The notes beneath the pieces are model-generated. The model did not search any database, was not told the origin of the DNA, and saw only the letters and a list, made by a program, of their open reading frames with translations. This document shows positions 48,823 to 60,893 of a stretch of DNA of 64,000 bases, in pieces. Numbering within the stretch: position 1 is the stretch's first letter; every line of letters begins with the position of its first letter. The translations under genes were made by a program, and so were the position numbers. The stretch comes from Candidatus Humimicrobium oleiphilum (GTDB taxonomy: Bacteria; Actinomycetota; Humimicrobiia; Humimicrobiales; Humimicrobiaceae), in NCBI GenBank assembly GCA_002304935.1, contig DBPS01000047.1, positions 10,134 to 74,133 on the forward strand. The letters run 5' to 3'.

Positions 48823-49422
48823 ATGGAAATAATAGGCATAACAGGTAAAACAGGCTCTGGAAAATCAACTGTTTCTGCTTATCTTAATTTAAAACTTCAG
48901 AATTCTTTAATTCTTGATGCAGATAGTATTGCCAAAGATATATATGTGGAAAACAAAGAAGTGATTAATAAGTTAAGATTCTGTTTTGGAAAAGATATTG
49001 CTGATTGCAATGGCATAGTTGATTTTAAGGCATTGGGCAGCAGAGTATTTTCAGATTGCAGCGAAATGAAAAAACTTGATGAAATAATGATTCCGCTTAT
49101 TGAGAAGAAGATAAAGGAACATATATCAAACAACATTGACAAAGCAGATTATCTTATTATTGATGCAGCCATTCTTTTTAAAAGCAATATATATAAATAT
49201 TGCAATAAGATTGTTCTTGTAAAATCTGATTTGGGAAATAGAAGAAAACGCCTTATAGATAAAAATATTAATCTTTCAGAAACAGATTTAAAATACCGTT
49301 TAAGAAATCAAAAAATAAGGATTATTAAAGACAGGGTTGATTTTATAATTGAAAATAATTCGACAAAGAAAGATTTATACGAAAAACTTGAAAGAATATT
49401 AAAGAATATACAGCTTTATTAA
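48823..49422 (+). CDS. coaE: Dephospho-CoA kinase
   Basis: 199 aa with a P-loop (GITGKTGSGKST). Confidence 0.85.
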   Translation: MEIIGITGKTGSGKSTVSAYLNLKLQNSLILDADSIAKDIYVENKEVINKLRFCFGKDIADCNGIVDFKALGSRVFSDCSEMKKLDEIMIPLIEKKIKEHISNNIDKADYLIIDAAILFKSNIYKYCNKIVLVKSDLGNRRKRLIDKNINLSETDLKYRLRNQKIRIIKDRVDFIIENNSTKKDLYEKLERILKNIQLY

Positions 49423-49450
49423 TTGATTTTTTTATTTATGTTTAAGTTTA

Positions 49451-51496
49451 ATGTTTGAAGAATACAGAATAGAGAAAAAATTTAAAATAAGTTCAAATTA
49501 CAAGCCTCAGGGAGATCAGCAGCAGGCGGTTGATTTGCTGTATGACGGCTTGAATAAAAGCTTTCAATACCAGACTCTTCTTGGTGTCACTGGTTCAGGG
49601 AAGACATTTACAATGGCAAATGTCATACAAAAAATACAGATTCCTACACTTGTGCTTGCTCCCAACAAAACACTTGCTGCACAGCTTTGTAATGAGTTTA
49701 AAGAATTTTTTCCTGAAAATGCAGTTGAATATTTTGTAAGTTATTACGATTATTATCAGCCTGAAGCATATATTCCAAGCAGAGATATGTATATTGAAAA
49801 AGACTCTTCAATAAATGAAGAGATAGAAAAATTAAGGCTTTCAACTACAAATTCATTATTTACACGTAAAGACGTCATAGTGGTTTCCAGCGTTTCCTGC
49901 ATATATAACCTTGGTTCTCCAGAGGAATATGAGAACAAAAGGGTGTTTTTAAAAGTAGGCGAAGAATATGGAAGGCAGAATCTATTAAAAGATCTGATAT
50001 CTATCAAATATGAAAGAAGCGATTATGAATTCAGTCAGGGCAATATAAGGGTAAAAGGAGATATAATAGAGGTATTTCCCGCTTACCAGGACTATGCCGT
50101 GAGAATACAATTTTTTGGTGATGAAATAGAAAAAATAATTGAATTCCATCCTGTATCAGGCGAACTATCAGGCTTTAAGGAAATGATTGTGATATCACCG
50201 GCAACACACTTTCTTGCTTCTTCTGAATGGATACCAAGGGCAATCAGCACAATAATCAAAGAGCTTGGGGAAAGAGTGGATTTCTTTAAAAAACAGGGAA
50301 AGCTGGTTGAAGCACAAAGGCTTGAATCACGGACAAAATATGACATGGAAATGATTGAAGAACTTGGATTCTGCAGCGGAATAGAAAATTATTCCAGGCA
50401 TATTCTGGGAAAGAAGCCCGGGGAGACTCCCAATACCCTTATTGATTTTTTCCCGGATGATTTTCTTGTAATAATCGATGAATCACATATAGCTGTACCT
50501 CAGATAAGGGGCATGTATGAAGGAGATCGTTCCAGAAAGCAGACACTGGTGGACTATGGCTTCAGATTACCTTCTGCGCTGGACAACAGACCTCTAAGGC
50601 TGGAAGAGTTTGAGAAAAAAGTAAAACGGGTTATTTTCACTTCAGCAACACCCGGAACTTATGAAAAAAAAGTCAGCCTTCGCATTGCTGAGCAGATAAT
50701 AAGGCCGACCGGGCTTGTAGATCCTGAAGTTATAATTAAACCTACAAATCAGCAGGTAGACGACCTTATTACTGAAATTTTAAAGAGAGTCGGAAAAAAG
50801 GAGAGAGTGCTTGTTACAACGCTGACAAAAAAAATGGCGGAAGACCTTACTGAATATCTGGCAGGAAGAAAGATAAGGGTAAGATATCTTCATTCGACAA
50901 TAGATACGATTGAGAGAATAGAGATCCTTACAGGATTGAGAAAAGGTGAATTCGATGTTCTTGTAGGCATAAATCTTTTAAGAGAGGGGCTTGATCTGCC
51001 TGAGGTTTCCCTTGTGGCCATTCTTGATGCTGACAAGGAAGGATTTCTGCGTTCAGAGATGTCACTGATCCAGACAATAGGCAGGGCGGCCAGGAATGTC
51101 AACGGTAAAGTAATAATGTATGCAGACAGTATTACGAATTCCATGAAAAATGCGCTGGATGAGACAAACAGAAGAAGACTCCTTCAGATGGAATATAACA
51201 AAGCTAATAATATTGTCCCCCAGACTATTGTAAAAAATATAACTGATATCCTTTATAACAGCGGCATAATCTCCAAAACCAGAAAATTAAAGAAGATGGC
51301 AGACTCTGTAAAAGAAAGTAAAAGCGGATTTAATGAAGACAGGCTTGTACAGATGGATTTAAAAGAAGTTTTTGCTATAATATCTAGTCTTGAGGAGGAA
51401 ATGGGTCTGGCAGCAAGAGAACTTGAATTTGAAAAAGCTGCAGCCATAAGGGATGAAATAAAACGGATAAAAAAGATACTCAATATAGATTTGTGA
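49451..51496 (+). CDS. uvrB: Excinuclease ABC subunit B
   Basis: 681 aa with helicase motifs ([12 protein letters not shown]), a beta-hairpin region and a C-terminal UvrB/C interaction domain. Confidence 0.95.
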   Translation: MFEEYRIEKKFKISSNYKPQGDQQQAVDLLYDGLNKSFQYQTLLGVTGSGKTFTMANVIQKIQIPTLVLAPNKTLAAQLCNEFKEFFPENAVEYFVSYYDYYQPEAYIPSRDMYIEKDSSINEEIEKLRLSTTNSLFTRKDVIVVSSVSCIYNLGSPEEYENKRVFLKVGEEYGRQNLLKDLISIKYERSDYEFSQGNIRVKGDIIEVFPAYQDYAVRIQFFGDEIEKIIEFHPVSGELSGFKEMIVISPATHFLASSEWIPRAISTIIKELGERVDFFKKQGKLVEAQRLESRTKYDMEMIEELGFCSGIENYSRHILGKKPGETPNTLIDFFPDDFLVIIDESHIAVPQIRGMYEGDRSRKQTLVDYGFRLPSALDNRPLRLEEFEKKVKRVIFTSATPGTYEKKVSLRIAEQIIRPTGLVDPEVIIKPTNQQVDDLITEILKRVGKKERVLVTTLTKKMAEDLTEYLAGRKIRVRYLHSTIDTIERIEILTGLRKGEFDVLVGINLLREGLDLPEVSLVAILDADKEGFLRSEMSLIQTIGRAARNVNGKVIMYADSITNSMKNALDETNRRRLLQMEYNKANNIVPQTIVKNITDILYNSGIISKTRKLKKMADSVKESKSGFNEDRLVQMDLKEVFAIISSLEEEMGLAARELEFEKAAAIRDEIKRIKKILNIDL

Positions 51497-51594
51497 TATT
51501 CTTGTACTATCTGGCTGGTCTTTAATATCTTTTCAATTTTTATTAGATATCAGATTATTATTTTATTCAGATAAAAAGGAAAATTTAAATACTG

Positions 51595-54447
51595 ATGAAA
51601 TCAGAAATAGTAATAAAAGGTGCCCGAGAGCATAATTTAAAAAATGTAAATCTTCATATACCAAGGGACAAGTTCATTGTTTTTACCGGAGTCAGCGGTT
51701 CCGGAAAATCTTCACTTGCCTTTGATACCATCTATGCAGAAGGACAAAGAAGATATGTCGAATCTCTGTCGTCATACGCAAGACAGTTTCTTGGCCAGAT
51801 GGAAAAACCGGATGTTGATCTTATAGAAGGTCTCTCTCCGGCTGTGTCTATCAGCCAGAAAGGTGTGTCGAAAAATCCCAGGTCAACAGTAGGCACAATA
51901 ACTGAGATATATGATTATTTAAGAGTCCTTTATGCAAGGATAGGACATCCGCATTGCCCGGTTTGTGGTAAACCCATATCAAAACAGACTATTGATCAGA
52001 TTGTAAATCAGGTACTTGAAATGCCTCAGAATACAAGGTTTATGGTGCTTTCACCTATAATCAGGGGAAGAAAAGGGGAATATAACAGGACTTTTGAAAA
52101 TATAAAAAAGTCCGGATTTTTAAGAGTTAAAATAGATGGGAAAATCACGGAACTTGACGACCTGAGCCAGACAAAACTGGAGAAAAATATAAAGCATAAT
52201 ATTGAAATAGTAATAGACCGTCTTAAAATGAAGCCGGATATAAGGCAAAGGCTTACCGAAGATATTGAAACTGCTTTAAAGGAAAGTGAGGGTATAGTTT
52301 ATATTGAAAATACGGAAACAGGAGAGATAAATATTTATTCCGAAAATTTCTCCTGCATTGACTGCCAGATAAGTTTTGAGGAACTTACGCCAAGAATGTT
52401 TTCATTTAATAATCCTTATGGTGCATGTCCTGACTGCGGGGGTCTTGGATTCAGAAAAGAAATAGATCCATATCTTATAGTTGAATACCCTGAAAAAAGC
52501 ATAAATGGAGGTGCAATACCTTTTATCAATATGGGATATTCCAATTATTATTCTCAGTTATTCAGGGGATTGGCTGAGAATTATGGATTCTCTCTTGATG
52601 AGCCCTTTAATGATTTAAGCGAAAAAGCAAAAGGTATTATTTTAAATGGTACCGGCGGAGAAAGAATAAAAATAAAATACAGAAACAGCAGCGGTGTTGT
52701 TAACAATTATTTTCTAAGGTTTGAAGGCCTGATAAACAATCTAAAGAGACGATATATGGAAACTGAATCTGAAAATGCCAGGGAAAAAATAGAAGAAATA
52801 ATGAGGGCAAGACCCTGTCCTGCATGTAATGGCAAAAGGCTTAAACCTGAAAGTCTTTCTGTCCTTATTTCAGGCAAATCCATTGCAGATTTTTGCAGCA
52901 TGACTGTTGTGAAAGCAATAGATTGGTTAAAAAATTTAAAGTTAAATGAACAGGAGCAGATAATAAGCTCCAGGCTTATAAAGGAAATAATTGAAAGATT
53001 AAAATTCTTAAATGATGTCGGGCTGAGTTATCTTACAATAGACAGACCTTCAGGGACTTTATCGGGCGGAGAGTCCCAGAGAATAAGGCTGGCAACCCAG
53101 ATAGGCTCAGGGCTTGTCGGAGTCCTTTATATTCTTGATGAGCCGAGTATAGGGCTTCATCAGAGAGACAACGGCAAGCTGATAAAAGCACTTGAAAGAT
53201 TAAAAGAACTTGGAAATACGATAATAGTAATCGAGCATGATGAAGAAACAATAAGAAGCGCAGATTATATAGTAGATATAGGTCCAAAAGCTGGTGTCCA
53301 TGGAGGAGAAATAGTATTCAGCGGTACACTTGAGCAGCTGCTTGAATGCAGGAAATCCCTGACAGGCAGATATCTGTCAGGAGAAAAATCCATTCCACTT
53401 CCTTTGGAAAGGAGAAACGGAAATTTAAAAGAACTCAGACTTTACGGAGCTTCAGAACATAATCTTAAAAACATCGATATTGCTTTTCCGCTTGGAAAAT
53501 TTATTGTTATAACCGGTGTATCAGGTTCAGGGAAGAGCACATTGATAAACGAGACTCTTTATCCTGTCCTTTCAAACATACTTATGAATACCAATTACAG
53601 ACAGGGAAGATATAATAAAATTGAAGGAACTGAATATCTTGACAAGGTAATTGTTATAGATCAGTCTCCCATAGGCAGAACGCCAAGGTCAAACCCGGCA
53701 ACTTATACAGGCGTTTTCACTTATATAAGAGAAATCTTTTCAATGACTGAAGATTCAAAAATGCGCGGATACAAACCGGGAAGATTCAGCTTTAATATAA
53801 GAGGAGGCAGATGTGAAGCATGTCAGGGTGATGGAGAAATCAAGATAGAAATGCATTTTCTTCCTGATGTTTTTGTAATGTGTGATGTATGCAAGGGAAA
53901 GAGATACAACAGAGAGACTCTGGAGGTTAGATACAAAGATAAAACTATATATGACGTACTTGACATGACGGTTGAAGAAGCAATTAAATTTTTTGAGAAT
54001 ATACCCAGGATTTATAACAAATTAAAATTAATAAACGATGTGGGCCTGGGCTATATAAAACTTGGACAATCTTCCACCACTTTATCTGGTGGAGAAGCCC
54101 AGAGAGTTAAACTTTCAACTGAACTATCCAGGAAAAGCACAGGAAGCACACTATATCTCCTTGATGAGCCTACAACCGGTCTGCATTTTGACGATATAAG
54201 CAAATTACTTAAAATTCTGAACAAGCTTGTTGATGCCGGCAATACCGTCATAGTAATCGAACATAATCTTGAGGTTATAAAAACCGCTGATTTTATAATA
54301 GATCTGGGTCCTGAAGGAGGAGATATGGGCGGTAACATAGTTGCCACAGGAAGTCCGGAGAAAATTTCAAAGATAAAAGATTCGTATACAGGTAATTATT
54401 TAAAGCAATACTTATCAGATGGAAGACATAAAAATAATAAAAGATGA
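51595..54447 (+). CDS. uvrA: Excinuclease ABC subunit A
   Basis: 950 aa with two ABC ATPase modules ([10 protein letters not shown], twice), zinc fingers (CPVCG, CEAC..C) and the LSGGE signature. Confidence 0.95.
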   Translation: MKSEIVIKGAREHNLKNVNLHIPRDKFIVFTGVSGSGKSSLAFDTIYAEGQRRYVESLSSYARQFLGQMEKPDVDLIEGLSPAVSISQKGVSKNPRSTVGTITEIYDYLRVLYARIGHPHCPVCGKPISKQTIDQIVNQVLEMPQNTRFMVLSPIIRGRKGEYNRTFENIKKSGFLRVKIDGKITELDDLSQTKLEKNIKHNIEIVIDRLKMKPDIRQRLTEDIETALKESEGIVYIENTETGEINIYSENFSCIDCQISFEELTPRMFSFNNPYGACPDCGGLGFRKEIDPYLIVEYPEKSINGGAIPFINMGYSNYYSQLFRGLAENYGFSLDEPFNDLSEKAKGIILNGTGGERIKIKYRNSSGVVNNYFLRFEGLINNLKRRYMETESENAREKIEEIMRARPCPACNGKRLKPESLSVLISGKSIADFCSMTVVKAIDWLKNLKLNEQEQIISSRLIKEIIERLKFLNDVGLSYLTIDRPSGTLSGGESQRIRLATQIGSGLVGVLYILDEPSIGLHQRDNGKLIKALERLKELGNTIIVIEHDEETIRSADYIVDIGPKAGVHGGEIVFSGTLEQLLECRKSLTGRYLSGEKSIPLPLERRNGNLKELRLYGASEHNLKNIDIAFPLGKFIVITGVSGSGKSTLINETLYPVLSNILMNTNYRQGRYNKIEGTEYLDKVIVIDQSPIGRTPRSNPATYTGVFTYIREIFSMTEDSKMRGYKPGRFSFNIRGGRCEACQGDGEIKIEMHFLPDVFVMCDVCKGKRYNRETLEVRYKDKTIYDVLDMTVEEAIKFFENIPRIYNKLKLINDVGLGYIKLGQSSTTLSGGEAQRVKLSTELSRKSTGSTLYLLDEPTTGLHFDDISKLLKILNKLVDAGNTVIVIEHNLEVIKTADFIIDLGPEGGDMGGNIVATGSPEKISKIKDSYTGNYLKQYLSDGRHKNNKR

Positions 54448-56284
54448 CATATTACAGATACTAAACCATATACCCGGAAAATCAGGAGTTTATCTTTTTA
54501 AAGATGAAGAAGCCAAAATAATATATGTAGGCAAAGCCAAAAACTTAAACAGCAGGGTAAGAAGTTATTTCAAAAGCAGAAAATCGCTCAGTGAAACAAA
54601 CCCGAAAGCATATTATTTTTCTGAAAAGATAGACAGTATTGACTACATTGTAACAGACAATGAAGTAGAAGCGTTCATTCTGGAAATAAATCTTATTAAG
54701 AAATACAGGCCGAAATTCAACTCATTTTTCAGGGATGACAAATCTTATCCCTTTATTGCGATAACAGAAGAGGATGATTTCCCGCAGTTTTTTATCACCC
54801 GTAATAAAAAAATCAAAGGAGCAAGATACTTCGGCCCTTATACAAATGTTGCAGAATTAAGAGAAACTGTTGAATATATAAGCAAGTTATTTAAGCTAAG
54901 GGATTGTAAAAAAACAAAACCAGGAAAAACAGGGAATACACCATGCTTAAACTACCATATGAAACTTTGCGGCGGACCCTGTATCGGTAAAATAAGCAAA
55001 GATGAGTACAAGGAGAATGTAAAACTTATAATTGCAATTCTCTCTGGAAAGAATAAATCAATTGCTGAAGGATTAAAAAAACAGATGATGGAATTCTCTG
55101 GCGCCCAGGAATTTGAAAAAGCCCTGGAAGCAAAAAATAAAATAGATTTTATAAACAGTTTAAACAATGAACAAAAAATATATATAAATTCAGAACATTC
55201 ATGGGATTTTATAGGATTCTGCCTTTCTGATTACTTTGCTTCCGCAAATATTTTTATGTACAGAAATGGTGAATTTGCCGGCTTTTCCAATTTTATGCTT
55301 GACAGCTTTGATAATCTCAGCAGTGAAGAGATACTGGCTGATTTTATAATTAAATATTATGATAATATAAGTAATATGCCTTCAAAGATATATATCCCTT
55401 TTCCGACTGCCAGTGAAAAATCAATAATTGAATTCTTTATAAGGACAAAAAATAAAAAAATCAATCTCAGTATCCCGAAATCTGGTGAGAAGAAAAAAAT
55501 AATGGATATGGTTTTAAATAACTGCAGGCTTTTTGCGGATAAGAAAAAGTTCGAAAAGCAGTCAAATTACGATAAATTATACAATGACCTTATTGATCTT
55601 CAGAAAAAACTTGTATTGAGCAATATACCTAGAAGGATAGAGTGTTATGATATTTCAAATCTTAAAGAAAGTTTTGCAGTGGGATCGATGGTAGTTTTTA
55701 ATGACGGATATCCTTTAAAAAATAATTACAGACATTTTAAAATAAAAACAATTTCCGGCCAGGACGATTTTGCCATGCTTCAGGAAGTTCTTGAACGAAG
55801 GCTGTCCCATCTGAAAAAATCAAAAATAAGTATTGACGAAAGCTTTTACCAGAAACCTGATTTAATAATCGTAGATGGCGGAAAGGGACAGCTAAATGCA
55901 GCTCAGGCAGCACTGGAAAAAAACGGTCTGAAGGAATCAATAGATCTGGCAAGTATTGCAAAGAAAGAGGAGATAATATTTAATGACTGCCATCCGGAAG
56001 GAATAAAATTAAATAAGGACACCGGAAGCATGAGGATTATTCTCAGGCTGAGAGATGAAGCACACAGATTTGCTTTAAAGCATCATAGAAAATTAAGGGA
56101 TAAAAATATGATTTTTTCTTTTTTTGATTCTGTAAAAGGAATAGGCGAAAAGAAGAAAACCATACTATATGAAAACTTTAATTCTGTAGACGAGCTAAAG
56201 AACCAGGATATAAAAGCTTTATTGGAGTTAAAAGGTATTAATTATATCGATGCCAGGAATATTTATGATGCTCTCCATAAATAG
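54419..56284 (+). CDS. uvrC: Excinuclease ABC subunit C
   Basis: 621 aa with an N-terminal GIY-YIG domain (GVYLFKD...[10 protein letters not shown]), a UvrBC domain, RNaseH-like and HhH regions. It overlaps uvrA by 29 nt. Confidence 0.93.
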   Translation: MEDIKIIKDDILQILNHIPGKSGVYLFKDEEAKIIYVGKAKNLNSRVRSYFKSRKSLSETNPKAYYFSEKIDSIDYIVTDNEVEAFILEINLIKKYRPKFNSFFRDDKSYPFIAITEEDDFPQFFITRNKKIKGARYFGPYTNVAELRETVEYISKLFKLRDCKKTKPGKTGNTPCLNYHMKLCGGPCIGKISKDEYKENVKLIIAILSGKNKSIAEGLKKQMMEFSGAQEFEKALEAKNKIDFINSLNNEQKIYINSEHSWDFIGFCLSDYFASANIFMYRNGEFAGFSNFMLDSFDNLSSEEILADFIIKYYDNISNMPSKIYIPFPTASEKSIIEFFIRTKNKKINLSIPKSGEKKKIMDMVLNNCRLFADKKKFEKQSNYDKLYNDLIDLQKKLVLSNIPRRIECYDISNLKESFAVGSMVVFNDGYPLKNNYRHFKIKTISGQDDFAMLQEVLERRLSHLKKSKISIDESFYQKPDLIIVDGGKGQLNAAQAALEKNGLKESIDLASIAKKEEIIFNDCHPEGIKLNKDTGSMRIILRLRDEAHRFALKHHRKLRDKNMIFSFFDSVKGIGEKKKTILYENFNSVDELKNQDIKALLELKGINYIDARNIYDALHK

Positions 56285-56369
56285 GGACGTATAATCTGGT
56301 ATTATAACAATAAAAGACAGATAATAATGTAAAATATTTCTATATTTAATTTTGTTGATAAACCTGACT

Positions 56370-56492
56370 CATTAAATGACATCTTGCCGGCAGGACTTAT
56401 TAAATGGCTTTTTTCAGGTTTGATTAAATGACTTGTTGCCAGAGTTATTACATCAAGTATCAAATCCTCTGTGAATCTGGTTTGATACTTGA
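56370..56492 (+). repeat. Three imperfect direct repeats (core ATTAAATGRC, period 24-28 bp) followed by an 11-bp perfect inverted repeat with a U-rich tail. This is a uvrC terminator and/or a rapZ regulatory region
   Basis: cattaaatgacatcttgcc / ttattaaatggcttttttc / gattaaatgacttgttgcc at 56370-56440. The IR caagtatcaaa-N16-tttgatacttg lies at 56454-56491. Confidence 0.5.
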
Positions 56493-56587
56493 TAATTTTG
56501 TTTTAAAATTTATTTAATATACTTACTCTGATTATCTGAAAATAAATATTTAATATAATTTTATTAATTATAAAAAGTTAAAATATA

Positions 56588-57463
56588 ATGAAAGAAAAAT
56601 ATAGCATGAAATTAATGATCATAACCGGCCTTTCAGGGGCAGGAAAATCTGAGGCATTAAAATATTTTGAGGACTCAGGCTATTATTGCATAGATAATCT
56701 TCCTGCACGCCTCATACCCAATCTCATAGATTTTTTTTCTGAAAATAATAAAAAAATAGATAAAATAGCTCTTGCGATAGATCTGAGAAGCGGCTATTTC
56801 TTTGACGAAATATACAATAATCTGGAAAAGATAAAAGAACTTGGTATTAATTATAAGATAATTTTCCTTGAAGCGTCAAAAAGTGTTCTCATAAAAAGGT
56901 TTTCCCTTACGAGAAGAAAACATCCTCTTGTCCAGGATGGCAATCTGGATCTTGGTATAGAAAAAGAAATCGAGAAACTGCATAATCTCAGGGAATTGTC
57001 TGATCTTATAATAGATACGACTCTTTTATCTCCAAAAGAGCTCAGGATGACTATAACAGATAATCTTATGAGTTCTTCAGAAAAAAGAAGCCAGGTTCAG
57101 ATTTCCATAATATCTTTCGGATATAAATTCGGAATACCTCAGAACGTGGATATAATAATGGATGTAAGGTTTCTGCCCAATCCTTTTTATGATGAAAATC
57201 TGAAACATCTTACAGGTGAAGACAAAGAAGTAGTCCATTATGTACTCAACAGAGAGGAAACAAAAGAATTCCTCATGATTTTTGAGAAAATGATGGATTT
57301 TTTAATCCCTAATTATATTGAAGAAGGAAAAAGTTATCTCGGGATAGGTATCGGATGTACTGGTGGCAGGCACAGGTCTGTAGTAATTGCTGAAAGAATT
57401 TACGAATATCTGAAAGTACGCAGATATTCGGTAAAATTACAGCACAGGGATATATTAAAGTGA
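56588..57463 (+). CDS. rapZ: RNase adapter protein RapZ (YvcJ/P-loop NTPase)
   Basis: MKLMIITGLSGAGKS Walker A and C-terminal GCTGGRHRSV. Confidence 0.88.
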   Translation: MKEKYSMKLMIITGLSGAGKSEALKYFEDSGYYCIDNLPARLIPNLIDFFSENNKKIDKIALAIDLRSGYFFDEIYNNLEKIKELGINYKIIFLEASKSVLIKRFSLTRRKHPLVQDGNLDLGIEKEIEKLHNLRELSDLIIDTTLLSPKELRMTITDNLMSSSEKRSQVQISIISFGYKFGIPQNVDIIMDVRFLPNPFYDENLKHLTGEDKEVVHYVLNREETKEFLMIFEKMMDFLIPNYIEEGKSYLGIGIGCTGGRHRSVVIAERIYEYLKVRRYSVKLQHRDILK

Positions 57464-57696
57464 GATTTATCCTATGTGTTAAAATAAAATATAAATAGTT
57501 ATTTTTATTTGGAGAGAATTTTATTAAAATACTTTTTTTAAATAATATTTATTTTTAAAAAATTCATTCTTTTATGATCTTTTGCATAAAATAAAAAAAT
57601 ATTATTTTTATTTTACAATTGTTATTAATCTGTTACAATGTTCCAGTTAAACCGATTCAAATAAAATAACAACCATTTAAATAAGAGGAGGAAAAA

Positions 57697-58710
57697 ATGG
57701 CAATTAAAGTAGGAATCAACGGTTTTGGCAGGATAGGCCGAATGACATTAAGAGCAATCATGAAATATGATAAGGATAAAGAAATTGACGTGATTGCAAT
57801 AAATGACCTTGCAGATGCAAAAACACTTGCTTTTCTTTTAAAGTATGACTCAGTTTATGGTCCGCTTGAAAATGAAATAAAAGCAGGAGACGATTTTATT
57901 TCCATAGACGGCAAAAAAATACCTGTAACAATGATAAAAGACCCTGCCGAGCTTCCATGGAAAAGCATGGGAGTGGAAATTTGTGTAGAAGCAACTGGTA
58001 TTTTCAGGGATAAAGAAAAAGTTCAGAAACATATTGATGCTGGTGCAAAGAAAGTCATAGTTACTGTTCCGATGAAAGGTAACGGAGCAGATGCTACTAT
58101 CGTTCTTGGTGTAAATGAGGAAACATACGATAAGGCAAAACACAATATCATATCCAACGCTTCCTGTACTACAAATTGCCTGGCTCCTGTTGCAAAAGTC
58201 CTTCAGGATAATTTTAAAATTAAAAATGGTTTTATGACAACAGTACATGCTTATACAAATGACCAGAAAATAATAGATTTCCCTCATAAAGACCTTAGAA
58301 GGGCAAGAGCTGCTGCATTAAATATCATTCCTACATCTACCGGTGCAGCAAAAGCTATGGGTCTTGTAGTTCCTGAACTTGCCGGCAAGCTTGACGGCAT
58401 GGCTTTAAGGGTTCCCACACCTGTAGGCTCCATAGTCGATCTTGTCTGTGAATTTGAAAAAGAAACAACAATAGAGGAAATAAACGCTGCAGTTAAAGCT
58501 GCATCCCAGACACCGAAAATGAAAGGCATCCTTCAGTATTGTGAAGATCCTATTGTTTCTTCTGATATTGTAGGAAGTCCTTATTCTTCAATATTTGACT
58601 CACTAAGCACAATGAAGATGGGGAATCTTTATAAAGTTCTTTCCTGGTATGACAATGAATGGGGATATTCAACAAGAGTAGCAGAACTTATAAAATATAT
58701 AGTTAAATAA
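57697..58710 (+). CDS. gap: Glyceraldehyde-3-phosphate dehydrogenase
   Basis: [21 protein letters not shown] and WYDNEWGYS. Confidence 0.95.
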   Translation: MAIKVGINGFGRIGRMTLRAIMKYDKDKEIDVIAINDLADAKTLAFLLKYDSVYGPLENEIKAGDDFISIDGKKIPVTMIKDPAELPWKSMGVEICVEATGIFRDKEKVQKHIDAGAKKVIVTVPMKGNGADATIVLGVNEETYDKAKHNIISNASCTTNCLAPVAKVLQDNFKIKNGFMTTVHAYTNDQKIIDFPHKDLRRARAAALNIIPTSTGAAKAMGLVVPELAGKLDGMALRVPTPVGSIVDLVCEFEKETTIEEINAAVKAASQTPKMKGILQYCEDPIVSSDIVGSPYSSIFDSLSTMKMGNLYKVLSWYDNEWGYSTRVAELIKYIVK

Positions 58711-58791
58711 TTAACAGAAATATCTTATTAAAATATTTAGAAGAATAACCGAGGAGAATATCCTCGGTTATTCAGAAAATGAGGCGGAAAG

Positions 58792-60006
58792 ATGTTTAGT
58801 AAAAAAACAATAGAAGATATTGACTTAAAGAACAAAAAGGTAATAGTAAGAGTCGACTACAATGTTCCTCTTGACTCGGATTTAAATGTAAAAGATAACA
58901 TAAGAATAAAACTCTCGCTTCCCACATTGAATTATCTTATTTCTCAGAATTGCAAAATTATTTTAATGGCGCATCTGGGGAGGCCCAAAGGAGAAGTAGT
59001 TGACAAATACAGGCTAACACCTGCAGCAAAAGAGCTCGAGAAACTTATAGAAAAACCAGTAAAGAAATTTGATGAAATAGTTAATTCAGAAATCAGGGAT
59101 TATATTGATAAAACCATGAAAAATGGTGAAATAGTAATGCTTGAAAATGTAAGATTTAATATGGGTGAAACAAAAAATAATCTTGATTTTGCAAAAGAGC
59201 TTGCCGGGCTCGCAGATATTTATGTCAATGATGCTTTTGGCGCAGCTCACAGAGCCCATTCTTCAACTGCGGGAATCGCCCAGTACCTGCCTGCTGTTGC
59301 AGGGTACCTGCTGAAAACTGAGGTTGAGGAACTTACATCCATAATCGATAATCCCCAGAAACCTTTTCTTGCTGTTCTTGGAGGCGCAAAGGTCGCTGAC
59401 AAAATAATGGTCATAAAAAATTTCCTTAATATTGTTGACAGTATTATTGTAGGCGGTGGGATGAGTTACACATTCCTGAAATCAAAAGGTTATGAGATAG
59501 GAAAATCAATCCATGCTGAAGACCCTGCTGAATATGAAGATCAGATAAAATTTGCAGGAGAAGCAATTCAGGAAGCTCAAAAAAATAATATCAGTTTTAT
59601 TACCCCTGTAGATGTAGTTGTTGCCAGAATGGATTCTGAAGGAAGTTTTACTGACAAAAAAACTGTAAAAGCAGATTCCATTCCTTCTGACTATGAAGGT
59701 TTTGATATGGGAGAGGAAACACTTAAGCTTTATGAAAAAGAAATCGCTTCCGCAAAAACTATTTTCTGGAATGGTCCGGTAGGCTTCTTTGAGAATGCTG
59801 AATTTGAAAATGGCACCAAAAGGGTAGCAAATGCTATTGCAAACAGTAATGCAAAAACCATTGTTGGCGGCGGAGATACTCTTTCAGCTTTGAAAAAATT
59901 TGGTCTGACTGATAAAATCTCTCATGTATCAAGTGGTGGCGGAGCTTCGATGGAACTTTTGGAAGGCAAATTACTGCCAGGAGTTGCAGCACTTTTAGAT
60001 AAATAA
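58792..60006 (+). CDS. pgk: Phosphoglycerate kinase
   Basis: 404 aa with RVDYNVPL, MAHLGRPKG and GGGASMELLEGK. Confidence 0.95.
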   Translation: MFSKKTIEDIDLKNKKVIVRVDYNVPLDSDLNVKDNIRIKLSLPTLNYLISQNCKIILMAHLGRPKGEVVDKYRLTPAAKELEKLIEKPVKKFDEIVNSEIRDYIDKTMKNGEIVMLENVRFNMGETKNNLDFAKELAGLADIYVNDAFGAAHRAHSSTAGIAQYLPAVAGYLLKTEVEELTSIIDNPQKPFLAVLGGAKVADKIMVIKNFLNIVDSIIVGGGMSYTFLKSKGYEIGKSIHAEDPAEYEDQIKFAGEAIQEAQKNNISFITPVDVVVARMDSEGSFTDKKTVKADSIPSDYEGFDMGEETLKLYEKEIASAKTIFWNGPVGFFENAEFENGTKRVANAIANSNAKTIVGGGDTLSALKKFGLTDKISHVSSGGGASMELLEGKLLPGVAALLDK

Positions 60007-60110
60007 CTAACTTTATATGCCTGGCTGGAATATTAAATATCTTTAAAGATGCTATTCTGGCCAGGTTTTTTATATTTCAATGATTGTTTCATTATAGAAA
60101 AGGAAAGAAA

Positions 60111-60881
60111 ATGAGAAAACCATTTATTGCAGGGAACTGGAAGATGAATTTAAATCATAATGAAGCCCTAAGCTTTATTAAAGATTTAAGCTTAAGATTT
60201 AATAATAAAAATGGCATTACAATTGCAGTATGTCCACCTTTCACTTCAATAAGAAGTGTTGCCCTGGCAATTGAAGATGAGAAATTTAAAAGTAAAGATT
60301 TTAATATAAAAATAGGTGCCCAGAACATGTATTTTGAGAAAAGCGGAGCATTTACCGGAGAAATATCAGCGGATATGCTTAATACTCTGGGCGTTGAATA
60401 TGTAATAATAGGCCATAGTGAAAGAAGAGTAATATTCAAAGAAGACGATGAACTTATAAATAAAAAAATAAAAGCAGCTCTTTCAAACGGATTAAAACCA
60501 ATATTCTGTGTAGGTGAATCTCTTGAAACAAGGGAAAAAGGTAATGCTGTCGAATTTACTCTTAACCAGGTCCGGGCAGGCCTGGATTTAATCAGCCCAG
60601 ATGAAATGGCACAAATAACTATCGCTTACGAGCCCATATGGGCAATCGGTACTGGGAAAACTGCAACCCCTGAAGACGCACAGCAGATGTGTAATTCAAT
60701 AAGGTCAAAAATTGAGGCTCTTTATGAAAAAAATGTAGCTGAAAATACAGTAATCCAATATGGCGGCAGTGTTAAGCCATCAAATATCAGCGAGATAATG
60801 AAAATGCCTGATATTGATGGAGCTCTTGTCGGAGGGGCAAGTATAAAAACAGATGATTTTTTAGCATTAATTAATTACTAG
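60111..60881 (+). CDS. tpiA: Triosephosphate isomerase
   Basis: MRKPFIAGNWKMN, IGHSERR and AYEPIWAIGTGK. The start is ATG 60111 with RBS AAAGGAAAG. Confidence 0.95.
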   Translation: MRKPFIAGNWKMNLNHNEALSFIKDLSLRFNNKNGITIAVCPPFTSIRSVALAIEDEKFKSKDFNIKIGAQNMYFEKSGAFTGEISADMLNTLGVEYVIIGHSERRVIFKEDDELINKKIKAALSNGLKPIFCVGESLETREKGNAVEFTLNQVRAGLDLISPDEMAQITIAYEPIWAIGTGKTATPEDAQQMCNSIRSKIEALYEKNVAENTVIQYGGSVKPSNISEIMKMPDIDGALVGGASIKTDDFLALINY

Positions 60882-60893
60882 TCAGGATTCAAA

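Noticed and set aside
56370-56440. The triple direct repeat as a degenerate CRISPR array
   Set aside because: There are only three imperfect copies with a 24-28 bp period and essentially no spacer sequence. This is far below CRISPR repeat-spacer dimensions.
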